From: Myxococcota bacterium
Lineage (GTDB): Bacteria > Myxococcota_A > SURF-8
DNA length: 64,000 bases
Assembly (NCBI GenBank): GCA_965140415.1
Contig: OZ223209.1
Span: 5,120,001 to 5,184,000, forward strand
Reading direction: 5' to 3'
The position numbers and the translations under genes are program-made. Of this stretch, positions 1-8,772 are shown in pieces. The number at the start of each line of letters is the position of its first letter. Positions within the stretch are counted from its first letter, which is position 1. A model generated the notes under the pieces. The model saw only the letters and a list, made by a program, of their open reading frames with translations. It searched no databases and was not told the DNA's origin.

Positions 1-33
1 AAACTTCAAAGCGAAGGATAGAGCAGATTTCAT

Positions 34-158
34 TCATTTCTGACCATCGAGTAATCGAGATGTGCCATGGTCTCACGGAATGGAAATTCCGGGAGGCCGT
101 GTCTAACTTATTGAAGACACACAGCCTTCCACTATCTTCGATCGCGTAAGACTATGGC
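34..158 (+). repeat. ~130-bp dispersed intergenic repeat, copy 1 of 3
   Basis: ccatcgagtaatcgagatgtgccatggtctcacggaatggaaattccggg...cacacagccttccactatcttcgatcgcgtaag recurs at 8018-8146 (minus) and 26603-26737 (plus). Confidence 0.9.
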
Positions 159-197
159 CGGAACCTGTGGCTAAAAATGATTAATAGAGCTTCTATC

Positions 198-797
198 TCA
201 CAGCACATTCCAGCGACGCTGAATCACCCGCGATACCAGATACAGCAGCAGTCCCACCACCACCACCAATAACAACGAATACGGGTGCTGGGGAAGATAA
301 CCCAGCGGCATCAATAGCGGTGCAAAGGAAACCAGCGAAGCCACCGCCACCGCCATGGCAATCAGGCGCGAAGCAAGTGCGGAATCGCGAATGTGCGCCA
401 GGGCGATCGTCCCGGAGATCAGCGCCAGCGTAATGCAGAACAGGTTGCCGCGCTGCTGCCAGGGATCGAACTCCGAAATGGGAACGTTATGGTAGGCGGC
501 ATACGCCCGCAGACTGGCAAAGCGATACACGAACGCCGCCGATGAAAGCAATAACGCCAGCATCAGCTTCCAACTGAAACGGCGTCCCTGGATCAGCGGA
601 TAGCGTTTCCCGCGCAAGGTCACGGTAGGCGGATGCTCCATCGTGCGCATAAAAATCCCCAACGCGCAGAACAGAAAAATGGCCAGAGTCGCTTCCTGCG
701 CCTGCAACAGCCACTGCCAGTATGGAGCGGGAAGACGCTTGGCCAACCCCAGCATCAAGAATGTGGCGGTTGCGCTTCCCAACATGACATACAGCAT
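198..797 (-). CDS. Hypothetical integral membrane protein
   Basis: 199-aa ORF with about 6 hydrophobic segments, co-oriented downstream of the cyclase gene. Start uncertain. Confidence 0.65.
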   Translation of the reverse strand: MLYVMLGSATATFLMLGLAKRLPAPYWQWLLQAQEATLAIFLFCALGIFMRTMEHPPTVTLRGKRYPLIQGRRFSWKLMLALLLSSAAFVYRFASLRAYAAYHNVPISEFDPWQQRGNLFCITLALISGTIALAHIRDSALASRLIAMAVAVASLVSFAPLLMPLGYLPQHPYSLLLVVVVGLLLYLVSRVIQRRWNVL

Positions 798-867
798 ACA
801 CTTCTCCGTGGGCCATCTACCCGGTTCTTCAAGTACGGTGACCTCTTCTCGTCACCGCCTGCGTTTC

Positions 868-3015
868 TTACATCCGGCTGAACACCGTCACCCGGTTTCG
901 GCCCGTTCGTTTAGAGTGATACAAGGCGCTGTCCGCCTTTTCGAGCAGCTCATCCTCGTTTCTCGAATCGTAGGGGAATAAGGCGATACCGATGGAAATC
1001 GACACCTGAAATTCTCCCATCTCCGTATCGAATACGAGTTCCGAAACTTTCTCGCGCAGTTCCTCGCCCTTGGCCACCGCCGCACTCTCGCCGGTCGCAT
1101 CCAGCAGCACCACGAACTCTTCGCCGCCGTAACGCGCCACCAGATCGATTTTACGCATGGACTCCCGCAACGTACGCGCCACCTGCTTCAACACCAGATC
1201 CCCAACCGGATGGCCATAGGTATCGTTGACCCGCTTGAAATGGTCGATGTCCATCATCAACAGCGACATGGCGTCGTCGTGCCGCTCGGCGCGCGAGAGC
1301 AGTTCGTCGATACGCTGCTGGAAGTGGCGCTTGTTGTACAGATTCGTCAAACCGTCGGTAATGGCCATGCGCTCGACCTTCTGATAGTTCTGCGCATTCT
1401 CCATACTGACGGCGATCTGGTTGGAGAGAATCTCGTAAATGTGCCGAAGATCGGTGGTAAAGAAATCCTGCTCCGAACTGATCAGCGCCAACGCGCCTAC
1501 GGTCTGTGCAGCCACGTTCAACGGCACGATCAACAGCGAAGCGACTTCGGCCAGTTTTTCCTCGCGCGTGAAGATGGTGGGGCGGCGCGGCAGGGAGTTG
1601 AAATCCTGGTAAACCAGCGTTTGGTTTTTACGCACGACCCAGTTGATCAGGTTGTTACCGGCGTCGAAAGTCACTCCCAATAGCCCGTTATTTTCCGGCC
1701 AACTGGCCACCACTTCATATTCCTGCTCGCTTTGCCCGACCATCACGATCGTACCCATATCGTACGGCGCAATATCGTGGGTGGTTTTCAGCGCGACTTT
1801 GAGTACGTCGGCGGCGTCCAGGGTTTTCGACAACGCCTTGGAGGCGGCGGCCAGGTGGAAATATTCGTTCTGACTCTTCTCCAGACCGCGCAGAATGTTT
1901 TCGTTGATCATGGCGCGCCGGATCTGCTGCGAACCGATGCGGATCGTCTCCGCTTCCGTTTCGCTGAATTCCCGCTCGACCTGTCGATCCACGGCCAATA
2001 CGCCCAGCAGCTTGTCATCGTGGCGGATCGGCACCCCGCAGAAGGCGTACAAGTCCTGCTGCGTGCGATAGTAGCCGATCTGGTTGCGCGTCCATTCCGA
2101 GCAGGTCAGACGCACCGGCACGGTGGAAGTCAATACACCATGCAGCACCCCGGAACCAGCATCGAACTCATCGTGATTGATCGTGCGCGAACTGGCCGTG
2201 TAGGCTTCCACCACACGCAAGGTGTTGCGCTTGGCGTCGTACCACAGCGCCACGGCGGTATGAGCTTCGTGCGAGATCCCCAGAAAGCGCAGCAGATCCT
2301 GCAACACATCGTGGATTTCGAAATAGGCGGACAGATCGTGCCTGCGCTCGCTTTCCGGGTTGGACTGTCCCAGGCTTTCGATGCCCAACTGACGAAAGTG
2401 GCGCGCTTCGCGCTCGATATCGCCCAGCATGTAAGCCACCTGCTGGCGTGCCTTTTCGGTTGCGGCTCCACCTCCAAAGCGCGTAAGCACCCGGCTGAGC
2501 GAAGCGAAAAGCAACAGAAAGAACACATGGGAAACAATCACCGCCAGGTTCTGCATCAACAGATCGGTGAATAGCGGCACCGTCACTTCAAATAACAACG
2601 CCAGCGCCAAATAAATCAGCGCCGCTTTGCGCGTGTGAATGGTGCACAACACCGCCATGGCCAGATAGACCAGCGGTACAAAGGGAGAAGTGGGACCGCC
2701 GGTGATCGTAACCTGCAAATACAGAAACGCAATCGCCAGCACACCGCTTTCGATGGATCGCAGCGGTCCCAGTTGCTGTTTGCGTTCGTGAATGTAGGCG
2801 TAACCCAAATAGGCCAGCCGTCCGACGAAATAGAATGTCAGCGCCAATGCCAGCAGCAGGCTGACATAGCCCGTTTGCAGCGGCGTGCTGATCGCTCCGG
2901 TGGCCAGCAAGACGTACAGAACCAGCACCAGTACGAAAGAAGCGGTGCGCTCCGCCCATATCAATGCTTTTCTTGCCGGGGGGACAGACTCGTTTCGACT
3001 CATCGCGGCGCTCAT
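868..3015 (-). CDS. Membrane-anchored GAF-GAF-GGDEF diguanylate cyclase
   Basis: N-terminal TM helices, two GAF-like regions, TDGLTNLYNKR, DIDHFKRVNDTYGH, RKID I-site and YGGEEF. Start placed at 3015, an ATGA overlap with the upstream stop. Confidence 0.92.
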   Translation of the reverse strand: MSAAMSRNESVPPARKALIWAERTASFVLVLVLYVLLATGAISTPLQTGYVSLLLALALTFYFVGRLAYLGYAYIHERKQQLGPLRSIESGVLAIAFLYLQVTITGGPTSPFVPLVYLAMAVLCTIHTRKAALIYLALALLFEVTVPLFTDLLMQNLAVIVSHVFFLLLFASLSRVLTRFGGGAATEKARQQVAYMLGDIEREARHFRQLGIESLGQSNPESERRHDLSAYFEIHDVLQDLLRFLGISHEAHTAVALWYDAKRNTLRVVEAYTASSRTINHDEFDAGSGVLHGVLTSTVPVRLTCSEWTRNQIGYYRTQQDLYAFCGVPIRHDDKLLGVLAVDRQVEREFSETEAETIRIGSQQIRRAMINENILRGLEKSQNEYFHLAAASKALSKTLDAADVLKVALKTTHDIAPYDMGTIVMVGQSEQEYEVVASWPENNGLLGVTFDAGNNLINWVVRKNQTLVYQDFNSLPRRPTIFTREEKLAEVASLLIVPLNVAAQTVGALALISSEQDFFTTDLRHIYEILSNQIAVSMENAQNYQKVERMAITDGLTNLYNKRHFQQRIDELLSRAERHDDAMSLLMMDIDHFKRVNDTYGHPVGDLVLKQVARTLRESMRKIDLVARYGGEEFVVLLDATGESAAVAKGEELREKVSELVFDTEMGEFQVSISIGIALFPYDSRNEDELLEKADSALYHSKRTGRNRVTVFSRM

Positions 3016-3821
3016 CGAACGAAACGTGCCGCCAGATATCCAACGACGTAATCGGTGCGCCCCGAAACTTCGGCACTGGTCGTATAGCCAACCTGTTCGG
3101 CGCGACTGGCTCCCAATAGCTTGGCGGTCTCGATGGCCACAGCGGTCGGGATATAACCGCACATGGTGATACTATGCTGCTGTACCGCCTGATACAACCC
3201 TTCCGCATTCATCCCCAATACCTGTTCGCGCGCCAGCGTGTCGTTGGTGCGCACCCGCTCCGGGTCGGATTCGTGGCTCATATCGGTACTGGCGACAATC
3301 AGGGTTTTGCGTGAGTCCGTGCGGATGGCCTCTGCCAATGTCTTGGAGAATTCGCGCGCCTCCTCAAGCGACAGGTGCCCCAGTCGAATAGGTACCAGTT
3401 CGGCGTTGGGATTGCGGAACTGAATGAAAGGCAATTGGATTTCGATGGCGTGCTCCAGACTGTGACCCTCGTAGTCCTCCTGCAAGAATTCACTTTTCTC
3501 AAGAAGACTCTTACAGAACGCGCTATCCACCGGCATGTCTCCAAGCGGCGTCGTCCAGTGGCCTTCGGCCCAGATTCCGGCCTTGCCTCCTCCCGCATGA
3601 TGCGTCGGGCAAAGCACTACCACCCGCGGTGGAACCTCGACTTCGCCGTACAGTTTTCCCGCCGTCGCTCCCGAAAAGACCCAGCCTGCATGCGGAACGA
3701 TCACCGCCAGAGCATCCTTTGGCAACCGATCCGACTCGATGTATCGCTCAAGCGACCGAGTCACCTGCTCTTTACTGCTAGGATACCATCCCTGGAAAGC
3801 AAATATGGGTTCACGCTTCAT
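3012..3821 (-). CDS. MEMO1-family protein (AmmeMemoRadiSam protein B)
   Basis: IVPHAGWVFSG, EHAIEIQLPF, ASTDMSH, ITMCG and VVGY motifs. GGAGG RBS precedes ATG 3821. Confidence 0.9.
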   Translation of the reverse strand: MKREPIFAFQGWYPSSKEQVTRSLERYIESDRLPKDALAVIVPHAGWVFSGATAGKLYGEVEVPPRVVVLCPTHHAGGGKAGIWAEGHWTTPLGDMPVDSAFCKSLLEKSEFLQEDYEGHSLEHAIEIQLPFIQFRNPNAELVPIRLGHLSLEEAREFSKTLAEAIRTDSRKTLIVASTDMSHESDPERVRTNDTLAREQVLGMNAEGLYQAVQQHSITMCGYIPTAVAIETAKLLGASRAEQVGYTTSAEVSGRTDYVVGYLAARFVR

Positions 3822-3837
3822 GATCACCAGCCTCCGA

Positions 3838-4248
3838 TCAATTCTCTTGTGTCGCAATCGCCAGTTTGGAAAAACCGGCGTTTTTTGCAATATCCATCAC
3901 TTTTACCACCAATCCGTGAAAGACCTCCTGGTCCGCCTGGACGATAACGGTGGCATTGGGGTTATCGGCTTGCGCCGCCTCAAGTAATGCAGACAATTCC
4001 TGCTCGCTGACTTTTTTGTGCCGGAATACGATCTCGCCCTCTTCGTCAACTGCAATCGTAACATCCGAAGGCTGCGCCTGGGTGTCGCTGCTACTGGCCT
4101 TGGGCAGATCCACTTCCAAACCGGGACTGTTGACAAAAGTTGTTGTAATCATAAAGAATATCAACAGCAAAAAAACCACGTCGATCAGCGGCGTCACATC
4201 CACAATCACGTCGATTCGGCGACGATTCTGTTCGGGATGAAAGTTCAC
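3838..4248 (-). CDS. exbD: Biopolymer transporter ExbD/TolR
   Basis: DVTPLIDVVFLLLIFFM TM motif; follows an ExbB-like gene. Confidence 0.88.
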   Translation of the reverse strand: MNFHPEQNRRRIDVIVDVTPLIDVVFLLLIFFMITTTFVNSPGLEVDLPKASSSDTQAQPSDVTIAVDEEGEIVFRHKKVSEQELSALLEAAQADNPNATVIVQADQEVFHGLVVKVMDIAKNAGFSKLAIATQEN

Positions 4249-4252
4249 GTCA

Positions 4253-4855
4253 TCACTCCTTGGCCATCTCGTCGGCGGCCTGAAGCGAGATTTCCTCCAT
4301 CTCCAACACCAAACGATCCACCCGCCCCAGCAGGTAACGATACCCGACGTAGGCCGGAATCGCTACCACCAATCCGGCGGCGGTGGTGATCAACGCTTCC
4401 CAGATACCCGAAGCCAATACGCGCGGATCGCCCACGCCTTCGGTGGTGACTTTCTGGAAAACCTCGATCATACCGGTCACGGTGCCCAGCAGGCCCATCA
4501 ACGGACTGATCGCCGCGATGGTGCCCATGGCATTGACATAGCGCTCCAAACTCGCGGTAACGCTTTTGCCGGTTTCCTCCATCAATTCCTTGATCTGCTC
4601 GCGAGTTTTACCCGCATTGCGCACCCCGGTCAACAGCACCACTGAAATAGCCGAGCGACTCTGTTCGCACAGCACCGCTGCTTCGGAGTATTTGTGATTG
4701 GAAATCTGCTCGCGTACGGCATTGAGCAAGCGCTGCGGTACAACCTTTTCCCGGCGCAGGGATACCAATCGTTCCAGAAAAATCGCCAGCGCCAGAACGC
4801 CCGCCGCCGCGATAAACGCCATCAACGGGCCACCCTTCATTAAAATCTCCAACAT
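4253..4855 (-). CDS. exbB: MotA/TolQ/ExbB proton channel protein
   Basis: ISPLMGLLGTVTGMI and GIWEALITTAAGLVVAIPA motifs. Confidence 0.88.
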   Translation of the reverse strand: MLEILMKGGPLMAFIAAAGVLALAIFLERLVSLRREKVVPQRLLNAVREQISNHKYSEAAVLCEQSRSAISVVLLTGVRNAGKTREQIKELMEETGKSVTASLERYVNAMGTIAAISPLMGLLGTVTGMIEVFQKVTTEGVGDPRVLASGIWEALITTAAGLVVAIPAYVGYRYLLGRVDRLVLEMEEISLQAADEMAKE

Positions 4856-4879
4856 ACGGCTACTCCTGTTTGCCGAACG

Positions 4880-5500
4880 TTACGGCTTTGGCAGAGTCTT
4901 GTCCAGTTTCTTATTCAATTCCTTGAAATCCACGTTTCCGGAATAAGCTTCAACCAGGCGACCTTTGGGATCGATTAGTAATTTTGCAGGAATTTCAGTT
5001 ATATACCCCCAAGGAGTTTTACTTTCCCGCGTTTCTCCCGCCGCCAGGTACACATCGTAATCCAAGTCGAAACTCTCTACAAACGCTTCGGTCATCAATC
5101 GTCCCTGCATATCCAGTGAAACCCCGACAACCGTGAACCCACGCGACTTGTACTGATCGTACAACTCCTTTAGCTGCGGCGCATGATAGGCACTTAAGTC
5201 CGCGTAAGTCGTAAAGAAATCAATTAATAACCACTGTCCCTGATAACGACTGAGGTTCACAGGGCGACCTTTCAGGGTCATGACATCCAGTCGGGACGGT
5301 TCGTACACGCGGGGCAGATCGGATTCTTGCCCGCGATTCAGGCGACTGCTGTCTTCCGTCAATCCCAGCCGCGCCGCAAGTTGCTCGGAAGTAGGCGGCG
5401 GCGTCCGTCTGGAACGCTTCGACGGCGCACTTTGACATGCAGAAACTCCCAGCGCCAGTAAAAACACCACCATTGTGCAAACGATCCACATCCGCTGCAT
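4880..5500 (-). CDS. TlpA/ResA-like thioredoxin-fold lipoprotein lacking CxxC
   Basis: Lipobox VSAC; LIDFFTTYADLS, GFTVVGVSLD and IPAKLLIDPKG align to the TlpA fold by eye. Confidence 0.75.
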   Translation of the reverse strand: MQRMWIVCTMVVFLLALGVSACQSAPSKRSRRTPPPTSEQLAARLGLTEDSSRLNRGQESDLPRVYEPSRLDVMTLKGRPVNLSRYQGQWLLIDFFTTYADLSAYHAPQLKELYDQYKSRGFTVVGVSLDMQGRLMTEAFVESFDLDYDVYLAAGETRESKTPWGYITEIPAKLLIDPKGRLVEAYSGNVDFKELNKKLDKTLPKP

Positions 5501-5800
5501 TCAGCGCCTCCCTCATCAATGTCGACGGATTTTAACATAATCCTTCTCGGATGCACGAAAAATCCTGTATGCATTCAAGCCACACGATGAATGCCGCTTT
5601 TGATGCCACCAATCGTTCTTGCCTGAAACGGATAAATATCCATTGATTACATTGGCAACTAGTTCATATTATTATGCTTACAGTATTCTCCTTGACATAA
5701 ACCGAACACTTCCCTTAAGATAGTATGTTATTGGGAGGCCACGTATACCCTTGAAATTCGATCATGCGGTGCGTCATTTCCGGAAGCTGGAGGATTTGTA

Positions 5801-7858
5801 ATGAAAACGAGAGAAGTAGGGATTTCTTTGCTGATCGCCTTGTTGCTGCTGGCTCTGATGGTGAGCTGTAGCGACTCCGAGTCCGATATCCCCGACGGGG
5901 ACGGAAGCGGCGATTGTACGATTACCGGCTGCGATCAAGGTTACACCTGTCGCGATGGAATTTGCATCCAGAGCAGCTGCAACCTGACCGGCTGCGATTT
6001 TGGATACGTCTGCCAGAACAACGTATGCGTTGTAGGTTCCAGCACCGATGGCGACGGCACCGTAGATGGCGACCAGATTATCTGGCCGGATGACGATTCC
6101 ATTGTAGATGGTGACGGCACCGTAGATGGCGATGGCACGGTAGATGGCGACGGCACGGTCGACGGCGATGGCACCGTAGACGGCGACAACGTCGTGGTGG
6201 ATGGCGACATCGACTATGCGGAACCGGATATCGACTTCGGCTACGACATGAAACCCTGCGATAGTAACGCTTCGCTGCAAACCCCGGCAATCGGCGTTAC
6301 GCCAAACCGCGCGGATTTCGGAGCGGTTCCCTTTGGTGAATCCCATACCATCGATTTGTGGGTCTGTAACTCCGGTGGTGTCGACTTGCATATTTCCAGC
6401 TTGCAGTTCTCCGACGGTACCAGCCATGAGTTCTATAAATTCCACGACACGCTTCCTTTAACGATTCCGGGCGGTTATGCTGCGCCGATCCACCTGATGT
6501 ACATTCCCGCCGACTTCGTTGAAGACAGCGGCGAACTGATAATCTTAAGCGACGACCCCAACTCCGCCCATGTGGAAATCCCCTTGATTACGCGCATCAA
6601 ACCGACGCCGCTGATCGAGGTCAATCCACACGTGATGCAGTTTGCCGGTGCCTTGCCCGGCCAGACCGTCACCCGGCTGTTGGAAGTGAAAAACGTTGGC
6701 CTGGCACAGACTTCCGTGCTGGATCTGCAATTCGCCCTGGGAGATCAATCTCCGTTTACGGTAGAAAGTGTCACCAAAGCAGGCGGACAGCCTTCCAGTG
6801 CGCCCTGGGTTTTGCAATCCGAGGAATTTCTAACAGTGACCATCGTCATGCTGATGGGAGATGAACCAGCAGACGATGTCCTAACCGTGCCCTGGACCAC
6901 CGATACCGGAGTTAAGGAAACACGTGTGGATCTGAGTCCCAGTGGAATCGCAATCTGTGCAGTGGCCATTGCGGAACCGGATCAGACCGTGCGTCCTTTG
7001 GATACGGTCTATCTGGATGGTTCGCAATCCTACGATGACAACGGCACAATCGTCGCGTACAAATGGGAATGGGAAACCAAACCCGAAGACGCCTATCGCG
7101 CCATCATCATGGACAGCAACAACAACAACATTCAAGGTCAGTGGACCGACGAAATGCACCCGCATTTCTATGCGGAACTGGCCGGAACCTATGTCGTGCG
7201 CCTGACGGTGCAGGATGAAGACGGCGAAAACTGCACCGGTTTGTACGCCGATACGGTCACGATTGTTGCGGTGCCGGATGAAACCATTCACGTTCAGTTG
7301 ATGTGGTCCACCGGCAATAACGACCACGACCTTCACTTGGTCAAGCCGGGCGGTTTCCACTCCCGTAACTGCTCCGACGGCAACCAGACCGACTGTCACT
7401 GGTGCAACTGCGCCTCTGAAGAATATGCCACCACCAACTGCCCACCGCGTGGCTGTCCGGGTCCGAGCGACGCTCCCGACTGGGGCATCATCGGCCTGCG
7501 CGACGACGACCCGACCCTGGACATCGACGACATCCCCGGTCGCGGACCGGAGAACACCAACTTGTCGATGCCCGAACTGGGCCGCTATCTCGTGTCGGTG
7601 GAGAACTACTCCGGCGGCAGCAGCGTTTCGGTAACGGTGCGTATCTGGCTGTTCGGTGTACTGATGGGCACCTTCCGTTACGGACCTCCGTACACGCCTT
7701 CCGGCTTCCCTTCCGGCAACCACTGGAATGTGTGTAACCTGGTGGTCAACGATCCGACCGATATTACCATCGAGCCGCTGGGCACGGTGGAAGTTTCCTC
7801 CTCGCGCGGCGGTGGCGGCGGCGGTTCGTTCATGGAAGAAGAATTCTACCAGAAGTAA
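5801..7858 (+). CDS. Surface lipoprotein: Cys-rich segment, DGD repeats, Ig-like (choice-of-anchor D/PKD-like) domains, C-terminal myxobacterial-type domain
   Basis: GGAGG RBS, lipobox MVSC, (VDGDGT)n, LDGSQSYDDNGTIVAYKW PKD-like motif, DHDLHL...DIDDIPGRGPEN. Confidence 0.85.
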   Translation: MKTREVGISLLIALLLLALMVSCSDSESDIPDGDGSGDCTITGCDQGYTCRDGICIQSSCNLTGCDFGYVCQNNVCVVGSSTDGDGTVDGDQIIWPDDDSIVDGDGTVDGDGTVDGDGTVDGDGTVDGDNVVVDGDIDYAEPDIDFGYDMKPCDSNASLQTPAIGVTPNRADFGAVPFGESHTIDLWVCNSGGVDLHISSLQFSDGTSHEFYKFHDTLPLTIPGGYAAPIHLMYIPADFVEDSGELIILSDDPNSAHVEIPLITRIKPTPLIEVNPHVMQFAGALPGQTVTRLLEVKNVGLAQTSVLDLQFALGDQSPFTVESVTKAGGQPSSAPWVLQSEEFLTVTIVMLMGDEPADDVLTVPWTTDTGVKETRVDLSPSGIAICAVAIAEPDQTVRPLDTVYLDGSQSYDDNGTIVAYKWEWETKPEDAYRAIIMDSNNNNIQGQWTDEMHPHFYAELAGTYVVRLTVQDEDGENCTGLYADTVTIVAVPDETIHVQLMWSTGNNDHDLHLVKPGGFHSRNCSDGNQTDCHWCNCASEEYATTNCPPRGCPGPSDAPDWGIIGLRDDDPTLDIDDIPGRGPENTNLSMPELGRYLVSVENYSGGSSVSVTVRIWLFGVLMGTFRYGPPYTPSGFPSGNHWNVCNLVVNDPTDITIEPLGTVEVSSSRGGGGGGSFMEEEFYQK

Positions 7859-7880
7859 CCGGTACCATTGCTAACATGGC

Positions 7881-7911
7881 ACGGCCCGTCGAATTCGACG
7901 GGCCGTTTTTT
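7881..7911 (+). terminator. Intrinsic terminator
   Basis: acggcccgtcg-aatt-cgacgggccgt followed by a T-run. Confidence 0.85.
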
Positions 7912-7978
7912 GTGATGCAAGAACTCCGCGCGATGTAACAATGTCGGACAGATATTCTATCCTACATGAATTGGATTG

Positions 7979-8004
7979 TCGGTCAGAAAACCTGACCGAC
8001 CTAC
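7979..8004 (-). repeat. GTAG-type REP-like palindrome
   Basis: gtcggtcag-aaaac-ctgaccgac-ctac, i.e. GTAG plus palindrome on the minus strand. Related to 12091-12152. Confidence 0.6.
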
Positions 8005-8017
8005 AGCTACTAATTTG

Positions 8018-8146
8018 AAGAATGTCTGCCACAGTCTTACGCGATCGAAGATCGTGGAAGGCTGTGTGATTTCTTGTGGTTAGACACGGTCTCCCGGAAT
8101 TTCCATTCCGTGAAACCATGGCACATCTTGATTACTCGATGGACAG
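8018..8146 (-). repeat. ~130-bp dispersed intergenic repeat, copy 2 of 3
   Basis: Reverse complement aligns with 34-158 and 26603-26737. Confidence 0.9.
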
Positions 8147-8175
8147 GCCGGGTAGGGTACAGTGTACCCGACATT

Positions 8176-8514
8176 CTATTCGCCCATGTAAATGTTGTCC
8201 TGGCAATAGGTCGATTCACAGTTCTCGAACTGATGGCAGTTCATGGCATCATAAGCGGCCTCTGCGCATTGCAGGCAAGACTCCGAACGGGTTTTAGGGC
8301 GCACGGAGCCTTTGCCGTGGGCGCATAACAGTACCTGCTCGGTTAGTTCTTCCGGCGTCATGTCGCTGTAGATTTCTTCCAGATCCTCGGACAGTCCGCA
8401 TTCGTCGATCAGCATAAAGCAGTATTTTTCCAGGGGGGTGGGACCGGAAGAGCCACAGGCAACAAAAACGCTGCATAGTATCAGGGTAAGGAGCGACAAC
8501 TGCAATACTCTCAT
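8176..8514 (-). CDS. Small Cys-rich lipoprotein
   Basis: GGAG RBS, lipobox FVAC, several Cys in the mature part. Confidence 0.75.
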   Translation of the reverse strand: MRVLQLSLLTLILCSVFVACGSSGPTPLEKYCFMLIDECGLSEDLEEIYSDMTPEELTEQVLLCAHGKGSVRPKTRSESCLQCAEAAYDAMNCHQFENCESTYCQDNIYMGE

Positions 8515-8772
8515 TGGGTAGTCTCCGCGTGAGGGTCCAGGTTCGTTGCGCCATCATACGCGCTGGCAGATTTCAGTCAAGCGGCGAGAATCTAAAAGCG
8601 AAAAAACACGAACAACACAAAGAATTACCCAACGTGGTTCGGTGATGTTTTGTAAGCAATGATGGGAATGATTGACGGTTCTAGGAGCAGGATGCTAAAA
8701 TAACAGAATGTGTTCAAAGCAGGAAACCCTGTTTCATAACAGTGTGGCTGACACCTCGTTCAGGAGAGACAA

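Noticed and set aside
100-152. Integron attC site within the 130-bp repeat (gtctaac...gtaagac)
   Set aside because: The right end is not GTTRRRY, the boxes are not conserved in copy 3, and there is no cassette array or integrase.
5195-5215. Selenocysteine in the TlpA-like active site
   Set aside because: Codons read GCG GAC TTA AGT, with no in-frame TGA.
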